Below the pieces are notes generated by a model. The model saw nothing but the letters and a program-made list of their open reading frames with translations, ran no database searches and was not told where the DNA came from. A stretch of 64,000 nt of DNA from Eledone cirrhosa (lineage: Eukaryota), in NCBI GenBank assembly GCA_964016885.1, contig OZ024751.1, positions 44,330,001 through 44,394,000 on the forward strand. The letters are read 5' to 3'. Below are positions 15,568 through 30,301 of the stretch, one piece after another. The stretch's first letter is position 1, and each line of letters opens with the position of its first letter. Position numbers and translations under genes: made by a program.

Positions 15568-16523
15568 TGTATTTTGTAAAATATCTTTAAAATGTGACAC
15601 CCCCTCTTTCTCACACACACAGAATTTGTGTGTACACACATAATTTGACTGCGCGCGCCTGTGTATCTTAGCTATTTGTGTACGTACACACACGAAATAC
15701 TTTAAGTACACTTGCGTGGTGGTGGTGGTGGTTCTGCTGGAAATATTTAGACGGAAGTTAATATAGTCAAAGACATTCCTATTGTGACCATCCCATTGTT
15801 TTAGAAGCAATATATCCTTCCTTTGGTTTTGTAAAAAAAAAAAAAAAAAAAAAATTGGAAGGGATTTTTTGTTACTCCCTTGAAGAAAGGTGTAAGAACA
15901 GCGTTAATTCCCTTATTTTTAGGGTCCGTCTGGTAGAAAATCAAGAGGCGGAATATTTTGATAACCTATGGCTGGATATATTCTTGAAATGCTTGCAACG
16001 TAGTGAACTTTGCTAAAGGACCCCAAGGGACAAGCGGTAGTGTTAATGTTAGAAAATATTTGACTTATCCCTAGCAGGGTCAAACTAATATATAGACATT
16101 CCCTCAATAGCTCATCACACTTGAGTAGTGAGTGATAGGATAGTATTGCCGGGTCTCCGTCGGTTCAGACGAAGAGCGTCCCAGTTGTTTGAATAATGGA
16201 ACAGACTGCTCGTGAAATTAACGCGCAAGTGGCTGAGTATTCAACGAACACGTATACTCTGAAAGAAATTCTCAGGGAGATTCAACGCGACAGTTCGTGA
16301 CTTGGTTAGTGTTTGGGTTACAGGCTCAACTAAAGTTTGACAACCAAGTTGACTGGAGCAACGTGAAATAAAATGTCTTGCTCAAGGACGTACTGTCTCA
16401 CCGGGAATCGAACGCATGACATGAGGATCACAAGACACTTAACAACGCAGGTAGTTTAATGCAATGGTATTGTATTTTTGCTCCAAGTCAGAATTTATAA
16501 TCAAATGCCTTTAAGCCATGTGC

Positions 16524-16563
<40 letters not shown>

Positions 16564-17867
16564 GCACACAAAAAAATAGTGTGGGAAATTACAATGAGAG
16601 GAATCGTAGTGGTGGTGGCAGTAGGGGGTGGAAGAAGGAATAGAAATAGAGAAAGTGTAAAAGAGTGAGAGTGGCGAAAATGCTAAATCAGTTGATTTGG
16701 AATCAAATGAAAACCCTCCCTGCCCCTAACCACAACAGTGGAAAATGTGAGTCAGATTTGACAGGATACAGTGTTCACTAAAACAACCCACCCCTCCACC
16801 CTAAAAAAACCCCAAACCAAAAAAAAAAAAAAAAAAAATTTATCATCATGTGTGATTAAGGGAAAATTTGATCCTAAAATCATCATGAATCCATGTCTGG
16901 CACTGAATGACTGGCAACTGTCTGTAGATGTGTGTCAGCTAATTTGGAACATCGGTATATATCTCACCGCACATACACTTCATATATACTTAGATATATT
17001 TTATATACAAACACATACACACTTAACTATACAAGCATCATGTGACACACACAACAATCATCTCTCATTCTCTATCACGCTCACCACTTCCTATTTGTCT
17101 GTGTTTTTGTATAGATGTATATCTGTCTACATATATATGTATACAGATATGTATGTATGTCTAAATGTGTAAATATGTCTATGTATGTCTAAATGTGTAA
17201 ATATATATATATACATACATACATACATACATACATACATACACACACACACGCACACACACGGCTCTCAGCGTTCCAAGCTCAAATCCTGTGGAGGCCA
17301 GGTTTGCCTTTCATTTTTTCAGGGTCGATAAAGAAAGTACGAATCTAGTATTAGTGGAGCGCTCTCTCTTTTCAGCTCTCATATTATATTCAGCTGTAGA
17401 AATAAGGGGAGCGTCTAGAGAGAATGTGTATTCTCGCGTCTGCACTAGTATCTAGAGTTCACCCGATAGTCAACGACAGGTATTGTAATAGTATATATTG
17501 AGTGTTAAGGGCTCCGTGAAAAATATTTATTTTGTGTGGGATGTACGCAATATGACCGAATATTTAAGAAGTTCACTTTAAAATCATTAGCTCTCATGCT
17601 CGATCCAACTGTGTGGCAGCTTGAGCTTGTGTCATCTATTATAGTCATGGTTCGGTTCAGGTCTTGTGAATGAAATTGAGTAGATGGAAACTGTTTGGAA
17701 GCAGTATTGATGTCATTTACTGGCCAATCTTGTCACATACCATGTCACACCGAATCTCTCTGAGATTCACATTGAAGCTATACGCGCTTATGAAATACTT
17801 AGCTATACTTGTACGTTAATTTAAAGAGCAAGTTATTCTGTTGACCGAAAAACTAGTAATGTCCAAG

Positions 17868-17904
<37 letters not shown>

Positions 17905-20850
17905 AAAATAACAGATTAAAGTTTAAGCAAAGAATCGCTGCTTTCACCCTTAACGGGTTCTTTGCTTAAACTTTAATCAGTTATAATCTATGGCTCTTAT
18001 ATATTTATCCATATCGAGCCCTCTTTGGATTTTAGTCTTCACATTTATTATTATATATATATGTTTTGTTACGCTGGAGTTTCACTTATGCACACAGGTT
18101 GATTAGCATGAAGACAACCCTGTATATGACTGGCTATATATATTACACATACTTACATACGTGGTCACACACACACACACTGAGTCCAATATTGTCACCG
18201 ATTTATTAGAAAATTAAGTATTTATACTCCGACAACACTTTTGTGATGTTCTATGATTTCCTAAACAAGCAGCACCAACTCGCACATTCTGCGTGTGTGT
18301 TTATTTGTCCAGGTGTACGAAGATATATGATTTATTTATGTTCAGAAACGGAACAAAAGCGCTACCCAAGATTTCAAGGCCCAACTTTTCACAAAACTTT
18401 CAGAATGTAAGAGGGATCAAAATTCCTACCCATCTTCAGGCGCTTATATATTTTAATATAGAAAGGCTTCTACAGGACTAGAACTGTTTCATTCGTGAGG
18501 TGAGGAGCTTCGTGATGATTTCTCACGAATGAAACAGTTCTAGTCTTGTAGAAGCTTTTCTATATTAAAACATTTATACTCTGCTATGTATTGAGTACTT
18601 TACTTACTGTGGTTACCCCCGATTGAACCCGGAATAACTTTATATACATATACATACATATATATATATATATATATATCCCCCCCCCCCCCCCTCACAC
18701 ACATATATATATATGCACATAACAAATATATGAATATGAATGTATATACAAATAGATTATACTAAACGAACGATGAATAGATCAATAGACTTGCACCCAT
18801 CATATTTTGATACTCAAACACACACACACACACACACAAACACACACAAACCCAAACACAAACCTAAACACACACAAACACATTCACATATAAACGAAGT
18901 TTACGTAGATCACACACTAAGATTATATACACACAATCCCACACACAGACGAACACATAGTTGACATAGAAGAGAAAGAAGAGGGAGGGGGTAAGAGAGA
19001 GTGAGAGTGGGGGAAGGGATAAGGAGTAAGATAGTGAAAGACCTGTGTGAATGATGTAACAGATATCAAAGTAGTCTGCGAGAGACGGCAGCCAGCGATT
19101 CTTTTAATAGTTCCATGATGGTAATCCCCCGCCCTAACAGAGTCACGTGGCCTAACATCTGTCAGACAGACTGAGCGAAAGATGGTGGTGGGGAGGTTGA
19201 TGTACGATTGAGAGAAAAAGAGAAAGCAGACCGTTCAGCACACACACACACACACACACACACAATCACACAGACACACACAGAATCACACAGACGTACG
19301 CACGCACGCACAGAACCAGACGCAAAACAACCACAGGCAGCCACACGCAGCCACGCACAACTAAACATCATCATCATCGTCGTCGTCATCATCACCATGA
19401 CGGGTAACCTCTTCACCCTCCCACCATGACCGCCACCATCAACACAGACATCGTTATGGCGGCCACCACCACCACCATCACCATCGTTATGACCAGCAAC
19501 AGCAGCAGCACCACCACCACCACTACCACCACCACCACCACTCCAGCACCACCACTACCACCACCACCATCGTTATGACCATCACTACCACCTCCATCAT
19601 CGTCGTCATGACCACCATCACCATCGTTATGAATGACCATTACCACCACCACCACCATCGTCGTCGTCATGACCACCACCACCACCATCGTCGTCATGAC
19701 CACCAACATCGTCATGACCACCACCACCACCACCATCGTCGTCATGACCACCACCACCACCATCGTCATGACCAGCACCAATCACAAATCAGTTCAGTCA
19801 CATCTAAAAACATTGAAAACTCGGACAGAAAGTCAGGCACGCAGACATAACCCCTCCCCACCCTGTCTACCAGACCCCCACCCCCCACATATGTGTGTAT
19901 GTGTGTCGGGCCTCTGTATTTATATACACATACTCACGCATTCATCCACACATACACACTCAAATTCATACACATACATACACAAATTCATACACATACA
20001 TACACAAATTCATACACATACATACACAAATTCATACACACACATACACAAATTCATACACACACACATACACAAATTCATACACACACACATACACAAA
20101 TTCATACACACACACATACACAAATTCATACACACACACATACACAAATTCATACACAAATTCATACACACACACACATACACAAATTCATACACATACA
20201 GTCATTCATACACATACATAGTAATTCATACATACACAGATCCATACACACGCATTCATACACACATACACACATATATATGCATCCATATACACAGAAA
20301 AACCCACCTGAATGTCTAGTACCCCTACACCCCCCCACCAACTACTAACAGACCAAGAACTCTCCCCCTCTCCCTCCAAATTCCGTCCATTTCTCACCCG
20401 TCCCCCACCACTCCCCAACACATCTACAAACATTTCCAGTCAGTCTACAGCGCCAGCTAGCAAATCGTGTGTACATTTGTGTGTGAGTCTACATACACAC
20501 ACATATATATATATATATATATACTCACACACACACACACATATATAAATATATATAAATATACATATACTCACACACACACATATATATATATATATAT
20601 ACTCACACACACACACATATATAAATATATATAAATATACATATACTCACACACACACATATAAATATATATAAATATATATATACTCACACACACACAT
20701 ATAAATATATATAAATATACATATACTCACACACACACACATAAATATATATAAATATATATATAATGTATGTGTATGTATATATATATGTGTGTATGTA
20801 TATATATATATATGTGTGTATGTATATATATATATGTGTGTATGTATATA

Positions 20851-20881
<31 letters not shown>

Positions 20882-20976
20882 ATATATATGTGTATGTATA
20901 TATGTGTGTGTGTATGTATATATGTGTGTGTGTATGTATATATGTGTGTGTGTATGTATATATGTGTGTGTGTATG

Positions 20977-21030
<54 letters not shown>

Positions 21031-21060
21031 CGTGTGTATGTATATATACGTGTGTGTATG

Positions 21061-21091
<31 letters not shown>

Positions 21092-23707
21092 TGTGTGTAT
21101 TTTCCTCAAAACCTTCTGTAATTATACACACACACATATATATCCCTGAGTGCTACTTATGGTTATACATATACGCATATACATGTATGTATGAATATAT
21201 ATATATGTGCGTGTGTGTGTGTTCGTGTCTGGACATATGTTAGTATGTGGTTATACAACGGGAAGTTCTGTGTGTGGGACTGTGTGTATGCGTGTGTATG
21301 CCTGTGACTGTGTGTGGGACTGTTTGTGTGTGTATGCGTGTGGGACTGTTTGTGTGTGTATGCGTGTGGGACTGTGTGTGTGTGTGTGTGTGTATATGCG
21401 TGTGTATGTGTGTGTATGCGTGTGTATGCGTGTGACTGTGGGACTGTGTGTGTGTGTGTGTGTATGCGTGTGACTGTGTGTGTGGGACTGTTTGTGTGTG
21501 TATGCGTGTGACTATGTGGGACTGTGTGTGTGTATGCGTGTGACTGTATGTGGGACTGTGTGTGTGTATGCGTGTGACTATGTGGGACTGTGTGTGTGTA
21601 TGCGTGTGACTGTATGTGGGACTGTGTGTGTGTATGCGTGTGACTATGTGGGACTGTGTGTGTGTATGCGTGTGACTATGTGGGACTGTGTGTGTGTATG
21701 CGTGTGACTATGTGGGACTGTGTGTGTGTATGCGTGTGACTGTATGTGGGACTGTGTGTGTGTATGCGTGTGACTATGTGGGACTGTGTGTGTGTATGCG
21801 TGTAACTGTATGTGGGACTGTGTGTGTGTATGCGTGTGACTATGTGGGACTGTGTGTGTGTGTGTGTGTGTGTAACCAGAAGCTGTGCTCCACACCGGGT
21901 CATGTGTTGTATTGCTGGTTAAAGAGGTGAGGGGGTGAGGTGGTGTGTTATGTCTATCTAACCAGACACTGTTCTTAATACGGGGGTCATGTGGTGTCTG
22001 CATTGCCCCACCCCCCTCAGCCACCGTCATCACCCCCACCACCTACTAATATAAATGTCAGAGTCGGATATTTCTCTGGCTGAGATCGACACAGACACCC
22101 AACACCGCCAACACCACCACCAACACCGCCAACACCACCACCAACACCGCCACCAACACCGCCAACACCACCACAGACACCACCACCACCACCGCAGCCA
22201 CCAACACCACCACAGACACCCAACACCGCCAACACCACCACCAACACCGCCAACACCACCACAGACACCACCACCACCACCGCAGCCACCAACACCACCA
22301 CAGACACCCAACACCGCCAACACCACCACCAACAACACCACAGACACCCAACACCGCCAACACCACCACCGTCACCAACACCGCCAACACCACCACAGAC
22401 ACCCAACACCGCCAACACCACCACCGCCAACACCACCACCGCAGCCACCACCAACAACACCGCCACCAACACCGCCAGTATCATAATAATTATCGTCTAC
22501 CACCACCACCGCCGCCACCACCATAATTATAGTTACGTCATCAACAGCGCCAGCATCACCATCATAGTAATAACCATCGTCTTCTTCATTAGGATTGTTA
22601 ATATCACTACCATCCACAATACCGCCGCCGCCACCACCACCAACACTACCACCACTACCACCACTACCACCACCAACACCACCACTACCACCACCACCAC
22701 CACCACCACCACTACCACCACCACCACCACCACCACCACCACTACCACCACCACCACCACCGCCACCAACACCACCGCCACCACCACCGTTACTACCACC
22801 GCCACCAACACCACCGCCACCAACACTACCACCACCAACACCACCAACACTACCAACAACACTACCACCAACACTACCACCACCAACACTACCACCACCA
22901 ACACTACCAACACTACCACCAACACTACCACTACCACCACCAACACTACCACCACCAACACCACCACTACCACCACCAACACCACCACCACCACCACCAC
23001 TACCACCACCACCACCACCGCCACCAACACCACCGCCACCACCACCGTTACTACCACCGCCACCAACACCACCGCCACCAACACTACCACCACCAACACC
23101 ACCAACACTACCAACAACACTACCACCAACACTACCACCACCAACACTACCACCACCAACACTACCAACACTACCACCAACACTACCACTACCACCACCA
23201 ACACTACCACCACCAACACCACCACTACCACCACCAACACCACCACCACCACCACCACTACCACCACCACCACCACCGCCACCAACACCACCGCCACCAC
23301 CACCGTTACTACCACCGCCACCAACACCACCGCCACCAACACTACCACCACCAACACCACCAACACTACCAACAACACTACCACCAACACTACCACCACC
23401 AACACTACCACCACCAACACTACCAACACTACCACCAACACTACCACTACCACCACCAACACTACCACCACCAACACCACCAACACTACCAACAACACTA
23501 CCACCAACACTACCACCACCAACACTACCACCACCAACACTACCAACACTACCACCAACACTACCACTACCACCACCAACACTACCACCACCAACACCGC
23601 CACCAACATAACTAAAAGACAGCTGAAGTTTTTGAGTTCAAATCCCACTGTCGTAATCATTTTATTATACCAGTAATATATTGTGTGTGTGTATGTGTGT
23701 GTGTATA

Positions 23708-23751
<44 letters not shown>

Positions 23752-23915
23752 TACGCATACACATTCATATTATATATACACACAAATATAGATACATTTA
23801 CATATATATATACCATATATACATTCATATTATATACACACAAATATACATATATTTACATTCATATATATATATATATATATACATACATACAAATATA
23901 TATACATTTACATAT

Positions 23916-23962
<47 letters not shown>

Positions 23963-24193
23963 ATGGGGGGGGGTCAGTAATACCAGTAATTATGTGGTGT
24001 AAATAGGGGTTAGTCCAACCGTCCCTCCTTTGTCTTCACAACTAATACTATTTACCTCTGACTTAAGAAATATGTTAAACTTCTTTAGAGTGGAATAAGT
24101 TGTTTTGTTTTAAGAACGTTTAGTTGAATTACAGGGGACGTTAACTGTCTGACGGAACGTGGCGTTACCTTTTATCTTTCGAGAGAGAGACAG

Positions 24194-24257
<64 letters not shown>

Positions 24258-25764
24258 AGTGTTACTCTGTCTGTGTGTGTGTCAGTGTCTGTGTGTGTCA
24301 GTGAGTATATGTGCGTGAGTGTGAATGTGTGTGTGAGAGTGTTACCGTCTGTGTGTGTCAGTGAGTATGTGTGCGTGAGTGTGAATGTGTGCGTCAGTGA
24401 GTATGTGTGCGTGAGTGAGTATGTGTGCGTGAGTGAGTATGTGTGCGTGAGTGTGAATGTGTGCGTGAGTGTGAATGTGTGCGTGAGTGTGAATGTGTGC
24501 GTGAGTGTGAATGTGTGCGTGAGTGTGAATGTGTGCGTGAGTGTGAATGTGTGCGTGAGTGTGAATGTGTGCGTGAGTGTGAATGTGTACGTGAGTGTGA
24601 ATGTGTACGTGAGTGTGAATGTGTACGTGAGTGTGAATGTGTGTGTGTGTCAGTGTCTGTGTGCGTCAGTGAGTATGTGTGCGTGAGTGCGTGAGTGTGA
24701 ATGTGTGAATGTGTGCGTCAGTGAGTATGTGTGCGTGAGTGTGAATGTGTGAATGTGTGAGTCAGTGAGTATGTGTGCGTGAGTGTGAATGTGTGCGTGA
24801 GTGTGAATGTGTGCGTGAGTGTGAATGTGTGCGTGAGTGTGAATGTGTGCGTGAGTGTGAATGTGTGCGTGAGTGTGAATGTGTGCGTGAGTGTGTATGT
24901 TACAGTACTAGTTTGTGTAAGAGACAGATTGAATGCGTGTGAGAGAGAGAGAGGAGAGAGAGAGGGGAGAGAGAGAGGGAAGGGAGAGGGGAGCGAGGGT
25001 CAGAGAGAGAGAGGGGAGCGAGGGTCAGAGAGAGAGAGGGGAGGGAGGGAGAGGGAGAGGGGGAATACGGGATTGAGAGAGGGGGAGGGATGTAGGGATG
25101 GAGAGAGGGGGAGGGAAGTAGGTAGGGAGGAAGAAAGAGGGAGGGTGAGGGAGAGCGAGAATATGTATGTGTGAGAAAGAGGTGTGTGTGTGTGTGTGAG
25201 AGAGACAGAGGGAGGAAGTAAGAACTGTGTGACCGAATTCTTCAATTGAATAATACAGCTTCCCCCCCCCCCATCTCTCTCTCCCCGACACCCGTTTCTA
25301 GTGTAAATAAATGTCTGATTCTGTGAGGGATAGTTAATACACCCTCTCTTTCTTCCACCCTCCCCCCATCGTCCATTTTGTTTTATTTCTTGTTCTATTA
25401 ACACCCCGACACCCAGAATACACCGCTACCTGTCTACCCACATACATCACTAGCAATCTACTTCCATATAACACACACACAACAGTAACACACCCTCCCA
25501 TATCTACCCCCAACCTTTACACAAGGGGTGCTTGCTTCCTTTCTATCGAAAGCAACCCAGGTTTCATCCGATTTATCACCCACCGCGTTGCCACCCATCA
25601 CTCACACAAAGTATCTCCATTATTAACTTAGCCTCTAACCCGACACCCCACATGTTTTCACATCGACACCTCCATACACCACAAGCATCTTTCGTTCTTT
25701 GTTTTCATCCTTCTTGTAGCTACCCGTAATAGCTTGTCCTTTTCTATCACTCTTTCTTCCTTGC

Positions 25765-25804
<40 letters not shown>

Positions 25805-26612
25805 TCTCTCTCGTGTTATTTTTTTCCTCGAAAATGTTTTTTCCGTTCTTTCCTCTTCTCACACTAGCTATCTATTTTTCATCTATAATTTTATAATTTC
25901 TCATTCTATCTTCTGATGAAAAACTAGTTTCCGAAACGTTTAGACTGTTCCTACTATATCAAGCGTTAAACTGATATCTTTCTTTATTGTACTGTCGTTT
26001 ACTTCGTTATATGTGTTATACACTCAAACACCAACGTAGTACGGGCATTCACAAAGTGTGGAGCAGTATGATCAAATCCATCAAACCCATTACCACGGAG
26101 TAGTATAACTAACTTATTAGCGTCAAAGCTATGTCTACTGTATTGGAAATGAGTTTCATTCCAGCCCTCCCATATCATGGAATTTGTAAAGTGGAACTTA
26201 ACGTCCGCCATTCCATATTATCTTACAAGTGTTTACACAACAGATATATCTTCATCAGCTATTCGTTTTCTCTATATGAAAATGAATAGAAAAAAATATT
26301 GTGATGGTCTGTCTGTTTTGTTTTGACAAAAGGAATAAAGAAGGCTAGTTTCTGGTTTATAAAGGATTCTTAACGATATGAATACGTTTATGAGTTGCCA
26401 ACATTTCCCATAGGGATTCTTGTTTCCAGTTGTTGCTCTATTTTCTAGAGTTTTCCATAAAGATTAAGACGTTACGGTCTGCCAGTTGCTGGCATATACC
26501 TCCTTCCAAGCTAGTTTTCATACAATTTCCAAATCACTTGTGGCTTCTCAGATATCACTGAAAAGGTCCTTATGTAAAACGTACAACCAGTAAGCCCTTT
26601 GTGTATCGCTCT

Positions 26613-26659
<47 letters not shown>

Positions 26660-27956
26660 TATACATACATACATACATACACACCCTAACCAGCCTCACT
26701 GCTACTTTCGCCATCTCTCAACACACACAAACAATCTGTTAGTCGTTTGCTCGAGCTAAGGTATATGACGTTTCAGTGCTGACTTCATCTCAGAAAGAAC
26801 AAGAAGTTCCTATCTCTCTTAATAAAGTACCAGTAATGCACTGGGTAATTGCTGGCCTTGTGCCTAAAGTAGAAACAATTATATGTATTGAGACGGGAGG
26901 TTCATTGTTGGCGATTGAACGAAGTCAATATACGGTTTAAGAGGAGTTTCCATTCGGAATGAGCATGTAAAACCTCTTTAGTGTTGATGCAAGGATAAAA
27001 AGCACCCATTATACTCTGTAAAGTGTTTGTTTTGATGTCACGAAAAAACGCACCCAATCGTTTCTGAAAAGCAACTAGTCCACTTATAGGAAGGTCATTC
27101 AGTCATAGAAACCATGCCGAATATAAAACATGGGTTGAACCAACCCGTTTTGTCTCGGACCGTAACGCATCAGTCAAACCATGCCAACGTGGAAGGCGGA
27201 CGTGATACGATTTTATATATACACACAGGTACGTGTATATATATATATATATATATACAAGCGCCGCACGAATACATACGTGTGTGTAGGTGTGTAGGTG
27301 TAGGCGTGTAGGTGTGTGTGTAGGTGTGTGTGTAGGTGTGTGTGTAGGTGTGTGTGTAGGTGTGTGTGTAGGTGTGTGTGTAGGTGTGTGTGTAGGTGTG
27401 TGTGTAGGTGTGTGTGTAGGTATGTGTGTAGGTGTGTGTGTGTAGGTATGTGTGTAGGTATGTGTGTAGGTGTGTGCGTAGGTGTGTGCGTAGGTGTGTG
27501 TGTGTAGGTGTGTGCGTGTAGGTGTGTGTGTGTAGGTGTGTGCGTGTAGGTGTGTGTGTGCGTAGGTGTGTGTGTGCGTAGGTGTGTGTGTGTGTAGGTG
27601 TGTGTGTGTGTAGGTGTGTGTGTAGGTGTGTGTGTAGGTGTGTGTGTAGGTGTGTGTGTAGGTGTGTGTGTAGGTGTGTGTGTAGGTGTGTGTGTGTGTG
27701 TGTGTGTAGGTGTACTAAATCGGGCATATATATTTAACAATTGTCATATCTACTAACAGCAACGATAACAATAGCTATACAATAATTTGAAACCTCATTC
27801 TGTTTAGTTGTTGAGTAAGTTATTTTTTCTAAGTCGGTCAGCTGGTTGGCTCAGCGTGTGTGTGTGTTTGTGTTTGTGTGTGTATGTGTGTGTGTGTATG
27901 TGTGTGTATGTGTGTGTATGTGTGTGTATGTGTGTGTATGTGTGTGTATGTGTGTG

Positions 27957-27987
<31 letters not shown>

Positions 27988-28111
27988 TTGTGTGTATGTG
28001 TGTATGTGTGTGTGTATGTATGTGTGTGTGTATGTGTGTGTGTATGTGTGTGTGTATGTGTGTGTGTATGGGGGTGTGTATGTGTGTGTGTATGTGTGTG
28101 TGTGTGTGTGT

Positions 28112-28154
<43 letters not shown>

Positions 28155-28862
28155 TGTATGCGTGTATGCGGATATACATATACATATATATATATATAAC
28201 AGATTAAAGTTTAAGCAAAGAATCGCTGCTTTCACCCTTAACGGGAATCTGTGAACGCAGAAGTAAATATTTCGAAAAACGTTGCAACCGAAGGAAAACA
28301 AGCAGACGATACTTTGGATTTTAGTCTTCATATTATTATTATTATTACTAATATACTCTATCCATCTCTCTCTATAGCGAATTGTAAAAATGTCGGATTC
28401 GTTTCGGCTGTTTGATCTCTGGGTTCAACTCCCGCCAAGGTCTACGTTTGCCTTTGTTTCTTTCTAGATCGATAAAAGAATACCAATCTAGTACTGGGTT
28501 CGATTCTACGTCTACATCATTCATCTCTGAATGAAGTCAGCTGTGATCAAATTCGGGGTTGGATGACTGGTTGCGCCATGATTCAATTGCCCAACACACG
28601 CCGTACGTCACAGCGGTGCTCTTACGTATCCATGCAAACATATAGGCTCACACGGAGCGCTGGCGAATTGATACACACACACTGTGAGTAGATAGATAGA
28701 TAGAGAGATAGAGAGAGAGAGATAGAGAGAGAGAGACAGACAGAGACAGAGACAGAGACAGAGAGAGAGACAGAGAGAGACACAGATGCGTTGAAATATC
28801 CGAGATCCTCAGCAGACAAGGAAAACTTCCCACCCCGTTCTTGCTTTCTTCTTATTCTTAAG

Positions 28863-28897
<35 letters not shown>

Positions 28898-29468
28898 GCA
28901 CATAATATAAAAGAGAGATGTTTGCTGGTTGTTTCTTTCACGTGTCACACAAAAACAAAAACTGACAATCGAAAAGTAAGTACAGCAATGGAATAAAGGT
29001 ATATCTAGGAAGGTTTATTGATACTAATTGAGTTAATTATACTAATTTGTATAAAACTGTAGCCGTTTATGGGTCAATAATTCGCTTGATTGACAGTATG
29101 AGCCCTAGGTGGACGCCGAGTTGGGCTTAAAGCTAGCGCCGTCCTTGCATGTAGGAAGTGTTAAATTGATGAAAGTTTATTTGTCAGGATTAGAAAGGAA
29201 ATGGATAGAAAGACGAATACAGAGAATAAGGAAAAACGGAAGAAGAGAAAGTGGGGAAGGAACGAAAGGAAAGGAAGAATAAAATAAGGAAGTGCAATGA
29301 AAGGGATGGGGGAGAGTATGTTTGGGGTGGGTTGTTGATATTGTTCTGGTTTTTGTTTGGGTGCAAAACCATCCTTATAACTTTATAAATAAGATGTTAA
29401 GAAATACAGTGCGTAACAAGTCGGGGCGAAACATTACACAGCACTTGACAGGGTGTTTTAACTTTGCC

Positions 29469-29505
<37 letters not shown>

Positions 29506-29639
29506 AGAGAGAGAGAGGGGGTGGATGGGAGTGTGTGAAAGCGAGAGAGAGGAATAGAGAGAGATTGTGAGAAAGATTTATGTTTATATCCAATGGACAG
29601 TGAAAACATCACACACTATCCATATATGTGTGTGTCTGT

Positions 29640-29671
<32 letters not shown>

Positions 29672-30264
29672 CTGTGTCTGTGTGTCTGTGTGTCTGTGTG
29701 TGTGTACACATACACCTATTCATAAATTTAATAGGCTAATTCTCATTGTTACAGAGACAATGTGTGAGAAATAGATAAATATACACACATGCACACACAT
29801 ATACTGAGAGAGTACAAGAGAGAGAGAGAGAGTAGGAGAGAGAGAGACACAGTAGGAAAGAGACAGACAGTGTAGGAGAAAGAGAGAGAAAGAGACACAG
29901 TGTAGGAGAGAGAGAGAGAAAGAGTCACACAGTAGGAGAGAGAGAGAGCGAACTCGTGTGGGTCTGTGTGATTGTAAAAGTGTTTGTGTTTTTAGTAAGT
30001 TTTCTTTCAAAGTTTATTTTAACGAAATACTGAAACAAAAACAATGACAAAAAATATAGAAAACATGAAAAAACAAAAAAACAACTGTTGAGATCAAGAA
30101 CAGATCAGGAAACTGTGTGTGAGGGTGTGTGAGTGTGTGAGGGTGTGGGTGTGTGTATGTGTAAGTGTATGTGTGTGTATGTATGTGTGCGTGTAATGTC
30201 ACTTGCACGCCCACTAGACATCGTAATTTTACGTGTGCTAAGGTGTGTGTTTGTATACACTATA

Positions 30265-30301
<37 letters not shown>

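Noticed and set aside
19142-19151. GTCACGTGGC E-box suggesting circadian control of the ASMT-like gene
   Set aside because: CACGTG is very frequent here owing to CA/GT repeats; no supporting evidence.
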